From the IMG/VR virus record IMGVR_UViG_3300025122_000014, positions 1 through 60,945 of that record: a stretch of 60,945 nucleotides of DNA. One strand, 5' to 3'. Under the pieces are notes generated by a model, which worked only from the letters and a program-made list of their open reading frames with translations, ran no database searches and was not told the origin of the DNA. Positions 28,626-39,600 of this stretch are shown one piece after another (positions within the stretch are counted from its first letter, which is position 1; each line of letters opens with the position of its first letter). The stretch comes from a virus (lineage: Duplodnaviria; Caudoviricetes). The position numbers and the translations under genes are program-made.

Positions 28626-30467
28626 ATGGCCGAGAAAAAAATAGCATACACAGAAAGAGATTTTTTAGGGTTAAGAAATGAATTATTAAGATATACTAAT
28701 GATTATTACCCAGATTTAATCCAGAATGCAAATGACGCTTCATTATTTTCTGTATTTCTAGATTTAAATGCTGCGGTAGCAGATAACTTACACTACCATA
28801 TAGACAGAAGTATGCAAGAGACCGTACTTCAATACGCACAAGAAAGGAGTTCTCTTTATAATATTGCTAGAACTTATGGTCTAAAGATACCAGGTAATAG
28901 ACCTTCAGTATCGGTAGTAGATTTTAGTATAAATGTTCCAGTTAGGGGAGATAAAGAAGATGCTCGTTATTTGGGTATTTTACAAAGAGGTGCACAATGT
29001 AAAGGGGCTGGACAAGTTTTTGAAACAGCGAATGACGTTAATTTTGCGTCCCCATATGACGCAAGTGGATTTCCTAATAGAACAAAAATACCAAACTTTG
29101 ACTCCAATGGTAATATTGTGGACTACACTATAACCAAAAGAGAAGTTGTAGTAAATGGGATTACAAAAGTGTTTAAGAGGGTTATTACAGACTCGGACGT
29201 TAAACCATTCTTAAAAGTTTATTTACCAGAAAGAAATGTACTTGGTGTTGTTAGTGTTATACAAAAAGATGGTAACAATGTACAGGCGTTACCAAACACT
29301 AGTGAATTTATTTCTTCACCAAATAAATGGTATCAAGTGGATGCATTGGTAGACGATAAAGTTTTTATAGTAGATTCTACTAAACCTACAGGTAAAGCTG
29401 GTATAAAAGTGGGTAAACATATAACTACAGATAATCGCTATATCACTGAATATACACCAGAAGGGTTCTTTTATTTAACTTTTGGTGGTGGACTATCTTC
29501 TAATCAATCAACATTAGATGATTTTGTGACTCAAACCGGTTATAATCTAGATTTAAACAAATATATGGACAATATATCTTTAGGACTAGCTCCTAAGGCT
29601 AATACTACTCTTTTTATACAATATAGAGTTGGTGGTGGAAAAAATACTAATTTAGGTAACAATGTTATTAATGTATTAGGATTATATAATTTTGCATTAA
29701 ATGGTCCCAATAACAACATCAATAACTCTGTAGACAATTCTTTAAAGGTTACAAATATAACAGCGGCAATTGGGGGAGCTAATATGCCATCAATTGAAGA
29801 AGTAAGAAATTATGTATCTTTTAACTTTGCTGCACAGAATAGAGCAGTAACTATTAATGATTATATTGCTCAAATAAGAAAGATGCCTAGTGAATTTGGG
29901 GCACCAGCAAAAGTAGGAGTAGTAGAAGAAGAAAATAAGGTGTTAGTTAAATTATTGTCTTATACACCAGAAGGAGCATTAACTTCAAGGGTTCCCAGTA
30001 TTTTATCACAAAATGTAGCAGATTATATGTCTGACTATAGAATGTTAAATGACTATATATCTGTAGGGTCCGCTGAAGTTATAGACCTAAGGCTAGAAAT
30101 TTACCTATATACAGATAAAGGATTTAATCAAGGGCAAATAGTGACTAATGTAATTAATACTACAGCAGAATTCTTCCAACCAACCAAAAGAGAATTAGGT
30201 CAAGATGTTTTTCTTGGTGAATTATCCAAAGAATTGGCACAATTAGATGGTGTAATCAATATAATTGATATAGAGTTATATAATGAATTGGGTGGACAAT
30301 ACTCTGATTCACAGGTTTCACAACCCTATTCTAATAGTGTAACTAGACAAATTAGTCTAATAGACCAAACTATCTTCGCTCAACCAAATCAGACTTTCCA
30401 GGTTAGATATCCAGATAAGGATATAGTGGTTAGATTAAAAAATCCTGACCAAACTAATATATCGTAA
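28626..30467 (+). CDS. Baseplate wedge protein, T4 gp6 / baseplate J family
   Basis: Motifs RDFLGLRNEL, AQERSSLYNIARTYG, LTFGGG, YRVGGG, AAIGG, AQNRAVTINDY; follows gp25. Confidence 0.9.
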   Translation: MAEKKIAYTERDFLGLRNELLRYTNDYYPDLIQNANDASLFSVFLDLNAAVADNLHYHIDRSMQETVLQYAQERSSLYNIARTYGLKIPGNRPSVSVVDFSINVPVRGDKEDARYLGILQRGAQCKGAGQVFETANDVNFASPYDASGFPNRTKIPNFDSNGNIVDYTITKREVVVNGITKVFKRVITDSDVKPFLKVYLPERNVLGVVSVIQKDGNNVQALPNTSEFISSPNKWYQVDALVDDKVFIVDSTKPTGKAGIKVGKHITTDNRYITEYTPEGFFYLTFGGGLSSNQSTLDDFVTQTGYNLDLNKYMDNISLGLAPKANTTLFIQYRVGGGKNTNLGNNVINVLGLYNFALNGPNNNINNSVDNSLKVTNITAAIGGANMPSIEEVRNYVSFNFAAQNRAVTINDYIAQIRKMPSEFGAPAKVGVVEEENKVLVKLLSYTPEGALTSRVPSILSQNVADYMSDYRMLNDYISVGSAEVIDLRLEIYLYTDKGFNQGQIVTNVINTTAEFFQPTKRELGQDVFLGELSKELAQLDGVINIIDIELYNELGGQYSDSQVSQPYSNSVTRQISLIDQTIFAQPNQTFQVRYPDKDIVVRLKNPDQTNIS

Positions 30468-30473
30468 TAATAG

Positions 30474-30526
30474 TTTACATAGAGTAGGATTAATTTAATT
30501 TTGATTCTAAGCCATAAACTATTTAT
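30474..30526 (+). promoter_or_regulatory. Tandem promoters: Bacteroidota-like -7 element TAATTTTG (30496-30503) and TATTTAT (30520-30526)
   Basis: Exact TAnnTTTG match with TTTA 18 nt upstream, followed by TATTTAT 16 nt before ATG 30543. Confidence 0.55.
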
Positions 30527-30542
30527 CAGGTAAAGACTTTGT

Positions 30543-33500
30543 ATGCACAAAAGCTATAGGATTAGAACAACACCTGGTGTTGACAAAAATATAAATGTTA
30601 CATTAGAACAAGACTTCGATTTACTTGAAATCCTTAGTCTTAAACTTACACAGTCTGAAGTATATTCTAGATTATGTGCAGATTTCGGTGTTGTTGTTGG
30701 AAGAGTTCTAGCAAATGGTGGTTATGGGATACCAAATGCTAAAGTTTCTATTTTTATTCCTTTATCGGATGAAGATGACCTTGACCCAGTTATTTCTGAA
30801 TTATATCCTTATAAAGAAACCACCGATAAAAATGAGTTAGGGTATAGATATAATTTACTTAGTTCAGCTAAACAAAATAATTGTCATACCCCGACAGGAA
30901 GTTTCCCTACAGAAGAAGAAGTTCTATTGGACCCTCTATTATTGGAGGTATACGACAAATACTATAAATTTACTGTTAAAACAAATAAGAGTGGTGACTA
31001 CATGATATGGGGGTTACCACTAGGAGTACAAAAAATACATCTATCCGTAGATGTTGGGGATATAGGTTGCCATTCAATGAAACCTATTGATTTTATTGTA
31101 AAAGGAGTATCACCAGATAAATTTAAAAGTTATTCGGAGTTTAAGGCATCATCAAACTTAGATACCTTACCACAGGTTATCATACAAGAAAAGTCTATTG
31201 AGATTACACCTTTCTGGGGAAGTAAAGATTTATGTAATATAGGGATTACTAGAGTAGATTTTGATTTAAGAGACTCTGGAGTGGAAATACAACCTACTTC
31301 TACATTAATGGGAGCTATAATGAGTGATGATAATGCTGCTTCTGTAAATGTAAATGGTTCGGTTAGTAGATATCAAGGTGATATGTGTTCTTTAACCACA
31401 GGACCAGGCACTATAGAAGCGGTAAGATTTACCATTTTTGATAGAGCAGCGGGGGACGGTAAACCACATTTGGAATTTTTTAATTTAGAAGGCACATCTA
31501 AAGTAATAGATGATGGCGGTACTTTTACAGTACAAGTACCAATGAATTTAGATTATATAATAACTAATGAATTTGGTGACGAAATAATATCCTTAGATGA
31601 TTCAGTTGGAATCCCAACTAGAGGGAAATACAGATTTAGAATCGGTCTAGATAGTTCTTCTGTAGGGGGTAGAAGAAAAGCAAAATATTTGGTTCCTAAC
31701 ATTCACGAATATAATTTAGGTGCGGGGAGTGGAACAGGAACCCCATCTGCTAATGTACACCCATGTTCTTATGCATTTAGTGATAACATAGATGATTATT
31801 GTGGTACTCCTGTTGGTGCATGGCAAACTGGGGTAGTAGCTACCGGTAAAGATTATTTTTATGAGTTTTATCCGGATAAAGTATACACAGTTGCTGGTTT
31901 TATAGATAGATGGAGAAGAGGACATGAAGGCGCTGGATGGGGAGGAGCTTTATTTGATAGGAATAGATGGAGATTTTTAGGTATAAAAAGTATAAATCCT
32001 GCGATAGAGTCTAAGTGTTCCGACGCTACAAACGAAATCCCTTCCAATGATGCATTTAGAGGTGGTACTTACTTATTTACCATTACTCAATTCCAGACTA
32101 TAGCACAAGGGATTACAATATTTTTTACCTTTTTTACGATATTCTTTGTTTATTATAATGCTTTTACAGTATACATGAATGATATTTTGACTGGGTTGGC
32201 AAACATTGCAGCTTACGCTGCTGGAACTATTGTTGCTGGTTTAGCGGTCGCTGTTTCTTCTATCATTAACCTTGCATTAATGATTATATGGACAGCACTT
32301 CAATTCGTTATTAATAACTTAAATTTTATCATGATTTCTTCTGTTCTAAATAATACTAGATGGAATTTACCTTTAGTGAACTATCCTGAATGTGAACCGT
32401 GTAGTTGTGGAAATTTTTATGTTTTTAAAACACCTAAAATAATAGGATTTATAACCGATATTGTTTCTTCAATATTTAATCAGGATGGTGAGATGTCGGA
32501 TGAAGAGTTCGAAACAGGTGACGATACTGTAGATGTGCCAGATTGTAGTGGTATTGTTTCTTTACGAAATAATGACCCAGTTATAGACCAAGGTTGGGGA
32601 CAGGACGATAGAAGTTCGTGGATGAACCAGTTTGGTAAAGACGAACACGGGGAACCCCTAGCTGGAAGAGGGTGTTATAGTTTTATGGTTGGTAATGGTC
32701 CTTCACAAATAGTAACAACAATATTCATCTTTCTAATTGTCTGTACTGCATTATCTTTTATTCCGTTTACAGCTGCTCTTGGATGGCAAGCTGCTTATTA
32801 TGGTATCATGGCTGCTAAGATTGTGATGATGATATCATTAATGACTAATTTAACTAGGTTATTCTTTGCTCTTAATGAGTGGAGGGTAAGAAGAAATATA
32901 TATGATGGGTTATGTCAAGGAATACCAAACGGTACACTATCAAATACTTGGTTAAGGGGTAGTTTATATCTTTTTAATTTTAAAAATAATAGATATATGA
33001 ATCAAGGACAACCTACTGAGGAATATTGTGATTCTTTAATATGGAAAGACAGTATAAGTTACGGTGGTTCATTACCTGTATCTGGAGGTACATACTATTA
33101 TCGTTCTTGTCCAACAAATATGACTTCCCAAAATGCACTATTGAACGCACTAAACGGACCGTTCAACGGATTTCAAAAAGAGGTTGGAACTATCACTGAA
33201 TCAAGAATATTATTCCCAACTACAATTATAGAACTAGGACCTTTAACTTTTTGTGAGTCAAATGATTGTTTAGAGTGTTTAACCGGGGAAACAGAATGTT
33301 ATTTATTGGAAGAAATTAGAACTAGCTCACACCAGGATTTTTCTGAAATTATAGAACATACATTTAACTGGAAATTAAATAAACTAGATTTTTGGGAGCT
33401 ACAATTTACTAACATAAATAGATGGTTTGGGCCTTCACCTATATGGGGTGGTTCAGGTAATAATAGAAAAAATAGATTAATGGATGGTGACATAACGCAA

Positions 33501-34004
33501 CTAATAGCACAAAATTGTGAATTTGGTATAGCAGCATTCGAAAATCCCCAAGAAAACCGACTCAACCCATTTTACGCAATAGGTACAACTAGTGGCGTTC
33601 CTTATGGTTTCGACTTAGAAGATAATGCATTTAACCATGTGGTGGAACGAAGGTCAGATTTTAATTTAATACAAGATAATCCAAGCATAAGAGATTGTTT
33701 ATTAGGTCCACCAACAGGACATATAAAATCACAGACTATACCATTTTATAGATGGCATACGGCTGTTGGGGGTTACGGTAATTGGAATAATAATTGGGAT
33801 GTTAGGGATATCCAACTTGATTATAGTCAACCAGGAAAGTGGGGAGTTCTAGCAACTAACCCAGTATATATGGGATATACAGCTAATACAACAACACAAA
33901 ATTATAGATTAAGTCATTTCCACCAGTATTATTTTGGATTAAGAAGGGGGGCAAGCGCTTATGATAACCTAAGAAGCCGTTATTTACCAGTTACCGATGA
34001 ATAG
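30543..34004 (+). CDS. Baseplate-cluster protein with N-terminal prealbumin/carboxypeptidase-regulatory-like beta domain and internal hydrophobic (transmembrane-like) segments
   Basis: 1153 aa; GVVVGRV...GIPNAKVSIF...TNKSGDYMIWGLPLG pattern; two long hydrophobic blocks; no signal peptide. Confidence 0.65.
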   Translation: MHKSYRIRTTPGVDKNINVTLEQDFDLLEILSLKLTQSEVYSRLCADFGVVVGRVLANGGYGIPNAKVSIFIPLSDEDDLDPVISELYPYKETTDKNELGYRYNLLSSAKQNNCHTPTGSFPTEEEVLLDPLLLEVYDKYYKFTVKTNKSGDYMIWGLPLGVQKIHLSVDVGDIGCHSMKPIDFIVKGVSPDKFKSYSEFKASSNLDTLPQVIIQEKSIEITPFWGSKDLCNIGITRVDFDLRDSGVEIQPTSTLMGAIMSDDNAASVNVNGSVSRYQGDMCSLTTGPGTIEAVRFTIFDRAAGDGKPHLEFFNLEGTSKVIDDGGTFTVQVPMNLDYIITNEFGDEIISLDDSVGIPTRGKYRFRIGLDSSSVGGRRKAKYLVPNIHEYNLGAGSGTGTPSANVHPCSYAFSDNIDDYCGTPVGAWQTGVVATGKDYFYEFYPDKVYTVAGFIDRWRRGHEGAGWGGALFDRNRWRFLGIKSINPAIESKCSDATNEIPSNDAFRGGTYLFTITQFQTIAQGITIFFTFFTIFFVYYNAFTVYMNDILTGLANIAAYAAGTIVAGLAVAVSSIINLALMIIWTALQFVINNLNFIMISSVLNNTRWNLPLVNYPECEPCSCGNFYVFKTPKIIGFITDIVSSIFNQDGEMSDEEFETGDDTVDVPDCSGIVSLRNNDPVIDQGWGQDDRSSWMNQFGKDEHGEPLAGRGCYSFMVGNGPSQIVTTIFIFLIVCTALSFIPFTAALGWQAAYYGIMAAKIVMMISLMTNLTRLFFALNEWRVRRNIYDGLCQGIPNGTLSNTWLRGSLYLFNFKNNRYMNQGQPTEEYCDSLIWKDSISYGGSLPVSGGTYYYRSCPTNMTSQNALLNALNGPFNGFQKEVGTITESRILFPTTIIELGPLTFCESNDCLECLTGETECYLLEEIRTSSHQDFSEIIEHTFNWKLNKLDFWELQFTNINRWFGPSPIWGGSGNNRKNRLMDGDITQLIAQNCEFGIAAFENPQENRLNPFYAIGTTSGVPYGFDLEDNAFNHVVERRSDFNLIQDNPSIRDCLLGPPTGHIKSQTIPFYRWHTAVGGYGNWNNNWDVRDIQLDYSQPGKWGVLATNPVYMGYTANTTTQNYRLSHFHQYYFGLRRGASAYDNLRSRYLPVTDE

Positions 34005-35760
34005 TGATAATTTAAAAATACAAGTAGGTAGTAAAAAATATGTTGGTGCTCAAGATGAGAACGTTAGAGTTAATTCTCCTTTAGAAACCCACTATAGAGA
34101 ATTAATACAGGGAGATAGGACTGTGGATGTGGCTTTATCACAAAGATTTTATTATGAAAGACAATCCACCTCAATATATAGAATATATGGTAAATTTTAT
34201 AGTTTAGTAAATAATACTTATTCTGGTACATCTGACCCAAACCAAACCTCATTATTTCAAGAATTGTATTATAATACCGACCCTATACCAGCATCTCCTT
34301 GGCCTGGATTTCCACAAATTAGGGAATTTGCTTTAGTAAGGGACGATTTAGATGAATTGTACGCTGATAAAACTAATTGGAATGTTCATGTAAGTTATCC
34401 AGATTCTTGTGCTCCAGACGAACCTATGGCTTATCAAATAGATACTAGCGGGAATTTAGTTGGTGATAGCACTCTACATTTTCTAGCTTCCGATGGTATT
34501 CCATTTCATACAGAAAATGTTACTGTGGAAGGTAAAGATTTAATTAGATTTCATTGTGGAGCACCTCATGGATTAAATGAAGGTGAGTTTGTAGAGATAA
34601 ACTTCCATGGGGCATATACCTTTACCACCAATATGGCTCCACAGATACCTGTTTATAGTATAGGTTCAGCCGCTTATAGGTCAGATAAAAATGTCTTTAA
34701 TATTAGTGTTTCTCAAGCATTTACTTCATCTCCTCCCCCAAACGACACCTTAGGTACCTTTGTAAGAATGATAACACCAGGAACCCCAAAGAGCCGTTCC
34801 CAATATTATGTTGTGTGGCATAAAATATTAACTATGGTTGATGACTGTGTTATTAATAGATGTGGGTTCGAAGACCAAGTGTTTAAAACACAACAAAAGG
34901 TAGAACAGATAGTACCTAATGAATATACAAAATGTAGAGTAAGTGTTAAAAATGCTTATCCAGCGTATATATATTCTTTTACTAGAGATATAGATGTGGC
35001 GGAGCTTAGAGATGTGCAATTACAGCCTCTAACTAAATTATATGTTACAGTAAATTTAAGAAATAAGAAGGGATATTTTGATTATCCTCACAATTATGGG
35101 TGGTCATGGAATTTTCCGGACACTTATTTAGACACCACAGTAAATTCTGGGTATGACCCAGCTCCGGTACCTAATAATGTTAATGTCCCATTCACCCAAT
35201 ATACAGCCACACCTTTTATTGGTGGAGACCCACTGGTCATAGGTGATAGATTAAGAGGTGAATTTGTAGAATATAATATTACAGAATTAAAAGAAAGAGA
35301 AATATCTAAAATATACCATAAATTTAATTGGAATCAGAATGCTTTCGCTATAAACCTAGCTAATAATAATATAAGTGACCCTCACAACCAAATGAAAAGA
35401 GGATATACATATTCTCCACATTATGAGGTACCTATTAGAGTTTTTTCTTCTTATATTGAAGAAGGAGACCCTGAAAACATATCCAAAGATGTAAACACAC
35501 ATATAGATAAGGACTCTATACCAGGGTATGCTACATATTTTACAAGAGAAGGGCTATGGAAATGGAGAGACTTATACGATATAGGGTTCTTAGAAGATGG
35601 TACGCTAGGGGTAGATTATCCTTATATGAATGGTGCACATTATCCTAAGACCGATATTAGGTTTTATGTGAAAAGACAGGTAGGTCAAGAAGCTTATGAA
35701 ATGACAACCCTAATAGGGGATAACCCACTAGAAGAATTTACACAAGATGACTGTCAATAG
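33997..35760 (+). CDS. Putative structural (baseplate/tail) protein
   Basis: 587 aa overlapping both neighbours; PHGLNEGEFVEI motif of the small beta-barrel type common in phage tail proteins. Confidence 0.65.
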   Translation: MNSDNLKIQVGSKKYVGAQDENVRVNSPLETHYRELIQGDRTVDVALSQRFYYERQSTSIYRIYGKFYSLVNNTYSGTSDPNQTSLFQELYYNTDPIPASPWPGFPQIREFALVRDDLDELYADKTNWNVHVSYPDSCAPDEPMAYQIDTSGNLVGDSTLHFLASDGIPFHTENVTVEGKDLIRFHCGAPHGLNEGEFVEINFHGAYTFTTNMAPQIPVYSIGSAAYRSDKNVFNISVSQAFTSSPPPNDTLGTFVRMITPGTPKSRSQYYVVWHKILTMVDDCVINRCGFEDQVFKTQQKVEQIVPNEYTKCRVSVKNAYPAYIYSFTRDIDVAELRDVQLQPLTKLYVTVNLRNKKGYFDYPHNYGWSWNFPDTYLDTTVNSGYDPAPVPNNVNVPFTQYTATPFIGGDPLVIGDRLRGEFVEYNITELKEREISKIYHKFNWNQNAFAINLANNNISDPHNQMKRGYTYSPHYEVPIRVFSSYIEEGDPENISKDVNTHIDKDSIPGYATYFTREGLWKWRDLYDIGFLEDGTLGVDYPYMNGAHYPKTDIRFYVKRQVGQEAYEMTTLIGDNPLEEFTQDDCQ

Positions 35761-36646
35761 ATATAAAATAAGAGTAGACTCGAATGAGCAAAAAATAGTA
35801 TTACCTATAGGTCTAGATTTTGATGATGCTGGAAGAGAAGATTTAATAAAAACTTATGAAGACGATGTACTAAATAAGGTAATTGGGAAAGCTAAAGATT
35901 ATGAGGTCACACGTTATAGACATGCGGACAATACTGACGTATTACTAGGGACACCAGACCCTTCACCACCTGTTTACTATAAGTTTTATTTTCATGACCC
36001 TGGACTAGGAGCACCAACAAATCCAGCTAGTTACTTTACTTTCAATACCGTACCGAATGAGTCTGCTTATGAAACACAAGGGTTTACAAGAATGCAAATG
36101 TATCAAAATGATAAAGCTTTTAAGAAAAGCTTCTTTAAATTAGATTTTTATGATACACCAAATAGAAGTGACCAAACTTTATATATGTCACTAGTATTAA
36201 ACACAACAATGTCTATAAAAAAAGTGATGGATACTGTAGATTTTAATAATGATGGTATACCTGACTCACCAGTAGTAGACCCATTTAACATAAATATAAT
36301 AGTCATTGATACTAGAAGAGATGTTAATATACCCGAATATATGTTAACGACAAGAGATGAGGGATATTATCTACATTGGTTAAAGAGTACTAAGTTATTA
36401 AACATAGATAAATTTTATATGTCTGCTAAATTTTATAATGGATTAACTGGAAAGGTAGTGAAATTTACTAATACGAATCCAGCTCCTTTATTACCCACAA
36501 CACAACCAGCTGCTTCATTCTTTTATGAGGTACCTATAAACACATCAATTTACACCTATGAAGTTCACTTAGGGATGGGACCCTTATCTAGAGTTGGATT
36601 AACACCCGCCTCACCAATTGAATTTTATGAATGGACCACGGCATAA
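35747..36646 (+). CDS. Putative structural protein
   Basis: 299 aa in a coupled operon; contains SFFKLDFYDT and a DFNNDGIPD calcium-loop-like motif. Confidence 0.65.
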   Translation: MTVNRYKIRVDSNEQKIVLPIGLDFDDAGREDLIKTYEDDVLNKVIGKAKDYEVTRYRHADNTDVLLGTPDPSPPVYYKFYFHDPGLGAPTNPASYFTFNTVPNESAYETQGFTRMQMYQNDKAFKKSFFKLDFYDTPNRSDQTLYMSLVLNTTMSIKKVMDTVDFNNDGIPDSPVVDPFNINIIVIDTRRDVNIPEYMLTTRDEGYYLHWLKSTKLLNIDKFYMSAKFYNGLTGKVVKFTNTNPAPLLPTTQPAASFFYEVPINTSIYTYEVHLGMGPLSRVGLTPASPIEFYEWTTA

Positions 36647-39600
36647 TGGAAAAGATTAGTATAAAAATAAAAAGAAAACTTTATCCTGGAAGAACAGATG
36701 TTATTCCACCACAATTACCTGTGGAATATAAACCTTATACATCTCAGGGTGTTCCGGCAGGTCAAAAATGTGAGGATTGTTTCTTTTACCAAAATGGATT
36801 TTGTGATTTTTGGAAAGCACCTGTAGAAAAAGATTATTGGTGTAAAACTTGGAGAAATACCGCTCCTGGTAGAGGAGAAGCCATATCATCACCATGTGTT
36901 TCTGGAGCAACAGTAACACTTTGTTTAACTGAAGATTTTAACGATATAGGGGTTTATACACCTTTTGATGGTATGATGTTACAAAGAGATGTTGTGACTA
37001 ACTTCCTATATACTGGAGATGGTTATAGTATAACAGTCTTTAATAGTTCAGATTTCCAATTTAAAAAGTTTTTAGAGTTTTCTGATTATGTCTTAAATTG
37101 GGGTGACGGAAATCCAACAGCTAATCTTTCAATTGGGACACCATCAGCTACTAATACATACGCACCAAATTCTACAGGTTACACAATTACTTTGGAACAA
37201 ATAAATCCATGGGGGACAGTATATGTATCCAAACATATAAGTGTACCATATACAATGAATTATCCCTCAGCGGGTAATATGTTTGGTACTATAGAATTAA
37301 AACCACCAGGGTTTGAGACACCTATAGGGTGTAGCAGTATATTCCAAGATTATATTTTTAGTGGGGATAGTAATCCTGATGTTATGGACCATTTTAGTAG
37401 TGCACAAGGTAATTTTGGTGTATCTATACCTTTTTATATAACAGGAGAAAGTGAAAGTCATTTAACAATATTACAAAATTGGGGACCTAACATGTATGTG
37501 GTAGGTGTAGGAGTAGATTTAAATGGTGATGGTACAGGTGATGGTATTATCCATTATATAACAGATATAGCGACAGGATACACAATTAATGATATATTTT
37601 ATGTCGACACCTCTGGGGGCACAACTTTTAGTGGTTATACCTATGGTTTAGATAGTAGAAGTTTGGACCATATATGTTGTAACTACTCACCAATATCCCC
37701 ATGTCCATGTCCTAATGCTGTAGGAGCATTTATAGGATGGTTTGGGACTTGGCAATCTTCACCACCACCAGCAGCTCTTGCGGTAGGAGACCCTAATGAT
37801 TACGATGAGGGGATGATAGTGGAATTTGACGGGAAATGTTACTGGAGAACAGGACAACAACCAAGTAGTGCTGGTTTTGACCCAATGGCTGGGAGTGGAC
37901 ACTGGGAAATGTGTGCAACTAGTTTAATTGCGCCTGCATTACAACGAAATTCTTCCACTTTTAACACCACACAAACAGACAATAGACATTGGTCACATTT
38001 AATAACAGATAATTACAGCCCAGAAGATTACCTAAGACAGAAAAGATTAGAACAAACAGCAGCTATATCGGAACCTAAACCACAATACCAAAAGCAAATG
38101 GGTAGTGGGCCTAATTACTGTTGTTCCGTTCAAATAGATAAATATGGGTATGCTTTAACAGTAGATATGCAGTTTAATAAGAGAGTAATGCAGGGATGGA
38201 GTAACGACCAATATTATTGTGATTGTAATTATAGTAATGTCCCTAATAACTGGTATACTGGTATTGGTGATAATATAGGGACGAACGCCCCACCAACACA
38301 CGTATTTAGACATCAAAGTACTGGCTGGATTGGTGCAAGTAATACTTCAAGTAGTTCTTGTCAACCAAATGGACCGGTCAATGCAAATTCACCATTTGGA
38401 ACTGCTTGTGGTGGACATCCAGACAATTGGGGTGCATCATATTGGGGCCCAAGTGCTGCAGGATACCAACAAGCTGATGATAATGAGTTATGGCAAAGTG
38501 ATAACTGTTATGATGGTTATTCCTCCACTGGGTGTTACTGGAACCCATGGCCCATTTGTTCAAAAAATAGTTGGACAGCATCATCAGGTAAGCGTCATGC
38601 TTGTGAGCCATATGTTTATGGATGCATGGATAATGGTCTACAGAGTACACAAAACCCTCCTGGAGTGAATGACGTAATGGATTCTTTTATATTTGGACTT
38701 GCAGCAGATAATTTAGGAACAGTTCCCGCAAACTACGGTGATAATTGGCCAAGAAATGCTGGTCCAGCAAATACAGTTAATTATGGTATTAAACCAGACC
38801 ATATTTTTGCAAATTCTTCTTTTGGTGGTTGTGTATACACTATACAAGCATGCTTAGATACAGAGGCATCCAATTATATGCGAGGGGCGTGGGATGATTC
38901 AGGTAATTTCATTGTAGGTTCTTTAGATTTAAATTTAAACGTAATGACAAATCAAGGTAATGCAAGTTGGGTTACAATTAATCCTTGTAATACAGCTGGT
39001 AGTACTGGACCAAGTGGGTTAGGTGATTGTTGTTATTATTCAGCAGGTTGTACATATAATGTTGGAACAGGATTATTTGAAAGTGCATTACCACAACCAC
39101 CAAACACTGCGCTATTTGGAGACCATTTAAATACAGATATTGTTCAAGTAGGTCCATATCTAGCCCCGGGAGGTGCCTCAGTAGCTTACGCGGATATATA
39201 TCCTCCTCTAGCTAGTATGATGCCGCCTATTCCAGGAGGACCACTTATGACATGTCCTCCAAGCCTGGCTCAACCTTATAATCCACCAAATGCAGCACCA
39301 TTCTCTTATATTATAGATGATGGTAGTTGTATTATAGAAATACCAGGTTGTACTGACCCAACACATGCTCTTTATTGTCCATATGCCACATATGAGGCAG
39401 GGTGCCCACCTCCAACGGCGGGATGTATGGACGCTAGTGCATTAAATTATAATCCAGCTGCTAATCTTCCTTGTGACGACCCATCATATTCTCCACCATG
39501 TTCTGTACCATCCCAATACTGTTGTTGTGAATATCCTCTTTTTGGATGTACAGACATTCTAGCAACAAATTATATGTGGGACTGTGCGGGTGTAGACCAT

